Shown here: positions 46,528-64,000 of the stretch, piece by piece
How the letters are laid out: each line of letters starts with the position of its first letter
Position numbering within the stretch: position 1 is the first letter of the stretch
NCBI GenBank assembly: GCA_050613775.1
Contig: JBODTK010000143.1
Coordinates: 310,001 to 374,000 of the forward strand
Direction: 5' to 3'
DNA: 64,000 nucleotides
DNA from: Neocallimastix sp. 'constans'
Taxonomy: Eukaryota
Made by a program: the position numbers and the translations under genes
Notes under the pieces: model-generated
What the model was told of the DNA's origin: nothing
The model's database searches: none
What the model saw: only the letters and a program-made list of their open reading frames with translations

Positions 46528-48950
46528 GACACCCTGATAATTATCTTTTTTTAAAAAATAGATATACATTAAAAAATATATCCCTTAAATTAAATCTAAA
46601 TTAAAAAGGTTTTTAAATTTAATCTTATTTATTATTATTTTTTTTTACAAAAAGTACTAAGATAATAGTGAAAAATAAAAAAAAGAAATACTATAAAAGC
46701 AAAAAAAATTTCTTTAAAAATTTTATTCCAACAACAAAAAAAAAAATAATTATTTTTTAATTAAAAAAAAATATTAAATAAAATAATACATATTAATAAA
46801 AAAATTTTTTAAAAAAAAAAATTAAGAGATAGATTAAATTAAGTTTGTTTGTTATTAAATTAAAAAAATAAAAATGACATCAGGTGAAGTTGTTGAAAAG
46901 AAAAAAGGACATCCAAAAGGTTTATACCTTCTTTTCGTTACTGAAATGGCTGAACGTTTCAGTTACTACGGTATGAGAGGTATTTTCGTTCTTTACCTTG
47001 TATCCGCTTTATGTAGTGAAAGTACTGCCTATTCTATTTACGGTACTTATACTGGTTTAGTATATTTAACTCCAGTTTTAGGTGGTTGGATATCTGATCG
47101 TTACTGGGGTAACCGTAAATCTATTATTATTGGTGGTGTTCTTATGGCTATTGGTCAATTCCTTATGTTTGGATCTGCTTTATTTGTTAAACAATCTATT
47201 ACTGATGGAAAAACTAATGCTATTGATCCAAATGTAAACAATACTTTATCAAATATTTTATTATATGGTGGTCTTTTCTTTCTTATTATGGGTAATGGAT
47301 TCTTCAAGCCAAATATTTCAACTATGTTAGGTGATTTATATGAAGCTACCGATTCTCGTAAGGATTCTGCTTTCACAATCTTTTATATGGGTATTAACTT
47401 AGGTGCTTTCATTGCACCATTCATTTGTAGTACCGTTGTTCCAAGCGAAGATGGTTATTTGAATCCAGGTGGTTACAAATGGGGTTTCTTCTGTGCCGGT
47501 ATTGGTATGATTTTATCTATTATTGTCTTTAGTCTCTTAAAGAATAAATTACTTGTTACTCCAGATGGTTTACAAGTTGGTCTTACACCAGACAAGGATG
47601 AAGTTAAAAAGAGACAAAAGGAACAAGTTGAATTACTTGAAAAGACTTTAAAGGAAGAAGAAGTTAAGGTAGAAGATTCTGAAGTTACTGAATTAAAGAA
47701 GAATTCACCAATTAGACTTATTTGTAGTATTGTTATTGGTATTGCTGTATTATTTTTATACATGTGGTTATTAGCAGAAGATAAGGATGGAAAGAAGAAT
47801 GCTAGATGGAGTGATTTCAATGAATATATTTCAGCTATTATTTATGCTTGTACTATTGCACTTCCAATATTTATCATTACTGATAGAAACCTTAATGGAA
47901 CACAAAAGAGTCGTATTGGAGTTATTTATATCATTGCAGTTTTCGTTATTTTCTTCTGGGCAGCTTATGAACAAGCTGGTTCTTCCTTAACAGTATTTGC
48001 TGACCAACAATGTGACAGACGTATTGGTTTCGGAATAGATTGGGTATTCCCAACTGCATGGTTACAATCAGTTAATCCAATTGCTATTGTTGTTCTTGCA
48101 CCACTTGCGGCCATGCTTTGGGAAGCATTAGGTAAACGTAAGCTTGAACCATTCTCACCAGCTAAGCAAGCTATTGGTCTTATTTTATTAGCAGTTGGTT
48201 ACGTTGTAATTGCTATTGGTACTCAAGGTGTTGGTGATAATGATAAGGTTTCCTACTGGTGGTTAGTTAGTCTTTATGTTATTCACACTATTGGTGAACT
48301 TTGCTTATCTCCAATTGGTCTTTCAATGGTTAATAAGTTATCTCCAGCTCACTTATCATCCTTATTAATGGGTGTCTGGTTCATGAGTAATGCAGCTTCT
48401 AACGTTTTCTCAGCTAAGTTAGCCCAACTTAAGCCAAGTAAGCAAGAAGGATTTAAGAATATTGCAGGATTTGAAATTGATACTCTTACTAAGTTCTTCA
48501 GTGTATTTGCAATTATGGGAGCCGTATCTGGTATTATATTATTCGGATTCTGTCCATTACTTAAGAAGATGATGAAGGGTATTAAATAAGTTAATTTATT
48601 AAACAAAAAAAATAAATTAAAAAAAAGATAAAAAAATGAAATATAAAAAAGAAAAATAGAGAAAAAATATAGATTATTATATTAAATTAAGAAATAATGA
48701 AAATTCCAAAATATTTATTAATATGTATTATTAATAGAAAAAATACATTGAAATATTTAAATTTTCAAAAATAATTAGCTGTTTAAAGAATTAATTTTAT
48801 TCTTACAATGACAGTATATATATTATAGAATATTGAAAAAATGTATTATTTTATTTAATATTTTTTAATTAAATTATTAAAATTTTTAATACATTAAGAA
48901 TATAAAATAAGTAATTTTTAAAAATTTATAAAAAAAATTATTGTATTTTC

Positions 48951-48983
<33 letters not shown>

Positions 48984-49450
48984 TTAAAAAATTTATGTTT
49001 TAATTAAGAAAAAATAAAAATAAATATTTTAAGTATAGAATTAATAAAAAAAATAAGTAAATAATCAAAATAATTAATAAAAATTAAAAACAATATTAAT
49101 AAAAAAAATTAAATAATAATAAAAAAAAATAACTAAATAAACAAAATAAATAATAATAGAAAAATATAAATAAAAAAATTTATTATAAATAATAAATAAT
49201 TAAAATGTGTTTAAAAATAATGAAAGTCAATTTGTATTTAAATTGAAGTTAAAACGAATAATTAATTATTAAATTTAAAAAAAATTGTTACCAATTATTT
49301 TTATGATTTTAAAAGTTTATTATGTTATACAAATACTTTTTAATGTGAAAAAAGATATATAAATTATAAACACATATTGATAATTATAATTTATGTAAGC
49401 GATAAATAATATACAGATTGAACAAAAAATATGGTTAAAATAATCTTGAT
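46528..49450 (+). repeat. Right arm of inverted segmental duplication (partner 33335-36690)
   Basis: Reverse-complement match to the left arm across upstream, CDS and downstream sequence. Confidence 0.9.
46874..48589 (+). CDS. POT/PTR di/tripeptide transporter, bacterial type, copy B (571 aa, intronless)
   Basis: Same motifs as copy A; differs by 7 substitutions and a 2-aa insertion. Confidence 0.97.
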   Translation: MTSGEVVEKKKGHPKGLYLLFVTEMAERFSYYGMRGIFVLYLVSALCSESTAYSIYGTYTGLVYLTPVLGGWISDRYWGNRKSIIIGGVLMAIGQFLMFGSALFVKQSITDGKTNAIDPNVNNTLSNILLYGGLFFLIMGNGFFKPNISTMLGDLYEATDSRKDSAFTIFYMGINLGAFIAPFICSTVVPSEDGYLNPGGYKWGFFCAGIGMILSIIVFSLLKNKLLVTPDGLQVGLTPDKDEVKKRQKEQVELLEKTLKEEEVKVEDSEVTELKKNSPIRLICSIVIGIAVLFLYMWLLAEDKDGKKNARWSDFNEYISAIIYACTIALPIFIITDRNLNGTQKSRIGVIYIIAVFVIFFWAAYEQAGSSLTVFADQQCDRRIGFGIDWVFPTAWLQSVNPIAIVVLAPLAAMLWEALGKRKLEPFSPAKQAIGLILLAVGYVVIAIGTQGVGDNDKVSYWWLVSLYVIHTIGELCLSPIGLSMVNKLSPAHLSSLLMGVWFMSNAASNVFSAKLAQLKPSKQEGFKNIAGFEIDTLTKFFSVFAIMGAVSGIILFGFCPLLKKMMKGIK

Positions 49451-49669
49451 AGTAAAAATTGTGGTAAAAAAAAATAGGCAATAAATAAATTAATATTTAT
49501 GTATTTTTACACATTAACTTAATAATAATAATTAATAAAATGAATTTTTTTTTTTTTTTTTTTTTTTTTGAAATATTGATATATATTTGAATACTTTGGG
49601 CTTACTTTGGAAATGAATTGATTTTTGATCCAAATTGATTTGATCCAAATAATAATAATTAATAAAATG

Positions 49670-49704
<35 letters not shown>

Positions 49705-49881
49705 AAATAAAGCATGAAATGAATAGTAATTATTATTATTATTATAACTCTTATTAATAATAATGAAATGTGCTATTTTTTATTTTTTATTTTTATTTTT
49801 TTTTGTAATAAAAACATGAAATGAATGGTAATTATGATTATTTTTGCTCTTATTTTATAATGTAAGTATTCAATAGAATAA

Positions 49882-49919
<38 letters not shown>

Positions 49920-50249
49920 ATGAAATTGAAAAGTAAATAATATTAACTTAATTGTATATATATTTCGATATATATTTAATTATTTAATAAAAATTAAAGA
50001 GTTTCTTTTAATAATAATAATAATATTATACTGCATATTCATTTCTATTTTTGGAACTGAATAAAGAATAAGTAATAATAGTATATTAAATTTTTTATTT
50101 AATGTTAACTTCAATAATATCATAATATCAATATTATTATTAACAGCTATTTTTATTTATAATGTCTAATAAAACATAAATAGTAATTTAAAAGGTTTAA
50201 TATTTTATTATTATTATTATTATTGTTGTTATTATTATTATTATTTCAT

Positions 50250-63170
<12,921 letters not shown>

Positions 63171-63219
63171 ACTTTTATTTCTTTTTAAATTTTTAAATTA
63201 CTAAGGATAAGGGGGTAAT

Positions 63220-63548
63220 TTAAATATTAATAATTGGTAATGTAATTTTACTTTTATTACAATTTTTAATATAAAAATTTCTATCTTCTTTAGTTAACTT
63301 TTTGTTGTTGGTTAATCTATTAACTCGAACGTTGATATTAGAGTACATATCATCCATAGAACTTGCGCCCTTATAAATCGATGAAGGAACTAAATTACCA
63401 TTAGCATCGTTTCTAGGATTAGATAAATCAATGTTAGGATCATATGGAGCCATCACCGCCAAAAACTCCATCATTCCTCTATAGTTAATTTCGTTGAAAA
63501 ATTATCAGATTTTTTTGTCGAATTCAATATTACGTTATTTTTAGACAT
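63220..63548 (-). pseudogene. Frameshifted ORF of unknown function at the satellite edge
   Basis: ATG at 63548 gives MSKNNVILNSTKKSDNFSTKLTIEE*. Adding one A near 63475 would fuse it to the 84-aa ORF MMEFLAVMAPYDPNIDLSNPRNDANG... Confidence 0.35.
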
Positions 63549-64000
63549 ATTTAAATAATAATAATAAAATAAGAAAATATAATAGTTATCATTTAAACAG
63601 TGTATCTTAAAGTAAAATAACAATAATTTAAGAATTAAATGACCTTTTTTCGTATTGAGATAAAAATAACAATATAATTTATATAATTTTTTTTTTTTAA
63701 AAAAAAAATAAAAGAAGAAAAATAAATAAATAATTGCGTGGTTGCTATTAAATTAATATATATATAATTCATTTTTAATTATATAAATATAAATATGAAT
63801 ATTTCAAATGAATTAAAAAAAAAAAAATTTTCTTTTTATAAATTATAATAATAATAATAATAATAATAATAGAAAAATAATTTTATTAATCGTTCAAATA
63901 ATTTGGTAATGCTTCTATTTCTTGGTAATATGATCAATTACAAAAAAAAAATAATAATAATAATAATAATAACATGTCATGAGATAGATATTTATCTTTG

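Overview
Extremely AT-rich eukaryotic DNA (roughly 85% AT by eye) with GT-AG introns, long (TAA)n and homopolymer tracts, and bacterial-looking intronless genes. This is most consistent with an anaerobic gut fungus (Neocallimastigomycota; inference). Manual splicing gives five intron-containing genes that the ORF track shows only as fragments: a Nbl1/Borealin-N-like protein, a stand-alone PARP-type zinc-finger protein with a basic tail, a PMP3-family proteolipid, a Cys-rich single-pass membrane protein, and an isochorismatase-family (ISOC2-like) protein with a presequence-like N-terminus and a 10-nt micro-exon. Two near-identical intronless bacterial-type POT/PTR peptide transporter genes sit in a ~3 kb inverted duplication around a ~9.8 kb spacer with no intact gene. 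The right end (~50.2-63.2 kb) is a ~13 kb complex satellite of ~300-500 bp monomers in three orientation blocks. It has a conserved core of three TGG motifs phased at 21-23 bp, long inverted arms and an ~885 bp higher-order repeat, and is a candidate centromere-like or other structural locus. The rest is degenerate retroelement remnants, MITE-like elements, hairpins, mini/microsatellites and pseudogene fragments. Most long ORFs in the track are low-complexity artefacts.
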